Shown one piece after another: positions 63,201 through 64,000 of a DNA stretch of 64,000 nt. Made by a program: the position numbers and the translations under genes. Position 1 is the first letter of the stretch. Each line of letters opens with the position of its first letter. Source of the DNA: Marsupella aquatica (Eukaryota > Plantae > Marchantiophyta); contig OZ316893.1 of the NCBI GenBank assembly GCA_973895155.1, positions 14,786,645 to 14,850,644 on the forward strand, given 5' to 3'. Under the pieces are notes generated by a model. It ran no database searches. It worked only from the letters and a program-made list of their open reading frames with translations, and was not told the DNA's origin.

Positions 63201-63789
63201 TCTTGATTGTCCATTGAACTGATTATTTATATCCCACCATCAGATGCACACAAAACCATATCATCATCTCTTCTGTCTCACACTAATAGGCGTAGTAGCA
63301 GGTTCAAGGTACACCTGCCCAAAGTACATGCACATAGGACAAAAGGCACCTTACACATGCTCACATTACATGCAATAAGACTAATGTACTTGAAAGTACC
63401 ATGAATATGGGTTGTACTAGAATGTACAACCAATTATTATGCTCCCCAAAAAATGATGCTAAGTATGCAAATGATGTGGAGAGTAGAGAGAAACTGGTCG
63501 GGAGTAAGGAAAGTGGGGGGAGAGATAAAGGAAAAACAAAAGAAAAGATAAAAGTTAGGATAGGAAGAGATATTAGAATGTGGGAAGAGAGGAGAAAGGG
63601 AGAAAAAGTAAATTTAGTGTTTTTAAGCCTCCAAACATTTAAAAAATATACCTAAATATTTGTAAATATATTGTGTCAAAATGATGAGATTTTCACACCA
63701 AATGTGACAAAACTCTCGATGCTTTTTTATCATGATTGTCTTACAAAATTTTCCATATATAGTCCCAAGGCCTTACATGGAAGCAAATC

Positions 63790-64000
63790 TCTTTCTCACA
63801 TTGTCATCTTTATCTCACCTCGACATCTTTTATCTACTCAACATCTTTTTCTCACCCTCAAAATCGTTTTTCATCTCGCCATCTTTTTCTCACCTTGACA
63901 TCTTCATCACAACACAACATTTTCCCCTCACCCTTGCCATTATTTTTCCTCTTTGACATCCTTCCTCACCTTGACTTCTTTTCCTCACCTTGACATCTTT
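63790..64000. repeat. Degenerate ~21-bp tandem repeat (ctcaccttgacatcttt) running off the window end
   Basis: Repeated ctcacc(t)tgacatc/ctt words. Confidence 0.6.

Noticed and set aside
60950-63800. Short ORFs downstream of the ATPase
   Set aside because: No recognisable domains or consistent exon chain; possibly decayed repeats but unsupported

Overview
Eukaryotic (land-plant, probably non-flowering/bryophyte-like; inference) nuclear DNA. Positions 1-46 kb are a deep nest of transposons whose boundaries can mostly be read from target-site duplications (TSDs). (A) A Tork/Tnt1-like Copia element (99-21911, - strand) is split by (B) a 15.2-kb CACTA element (3076-18305, TTA TSD). The CACTA transposase is split by (C) a 4.36-kb TG..CA insertion with a 5-bp TSD (probable giant solo LTR carrying a coding frame). 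(D) An old Copia RT is split by (E) an 18.5-kb Sola-like DDD DNA transposon (24355-42851, ATTG TSD), which contains (F) a young Bianca-type Copia with identical LTRs but an in-frame integrase deletion. A 22-exon P5-type ATPase host gene follows (48379-60273, +). Two results stand out. The CACTA element carries a SET-domain exon inside its transposase intron, reachable by in-phase alternative splicing. The Sola-like element carries a ParB-like/N4-N6 DNA-methyltransferase-like gene, an FCP1/NIF-like phosphatase gene and dozens of copies of a 21-bp palindrome, suggesting transposon-encoded chromatin-control or anti-silencing systems. All domain calls are by motif recognition only; no database searches were run.
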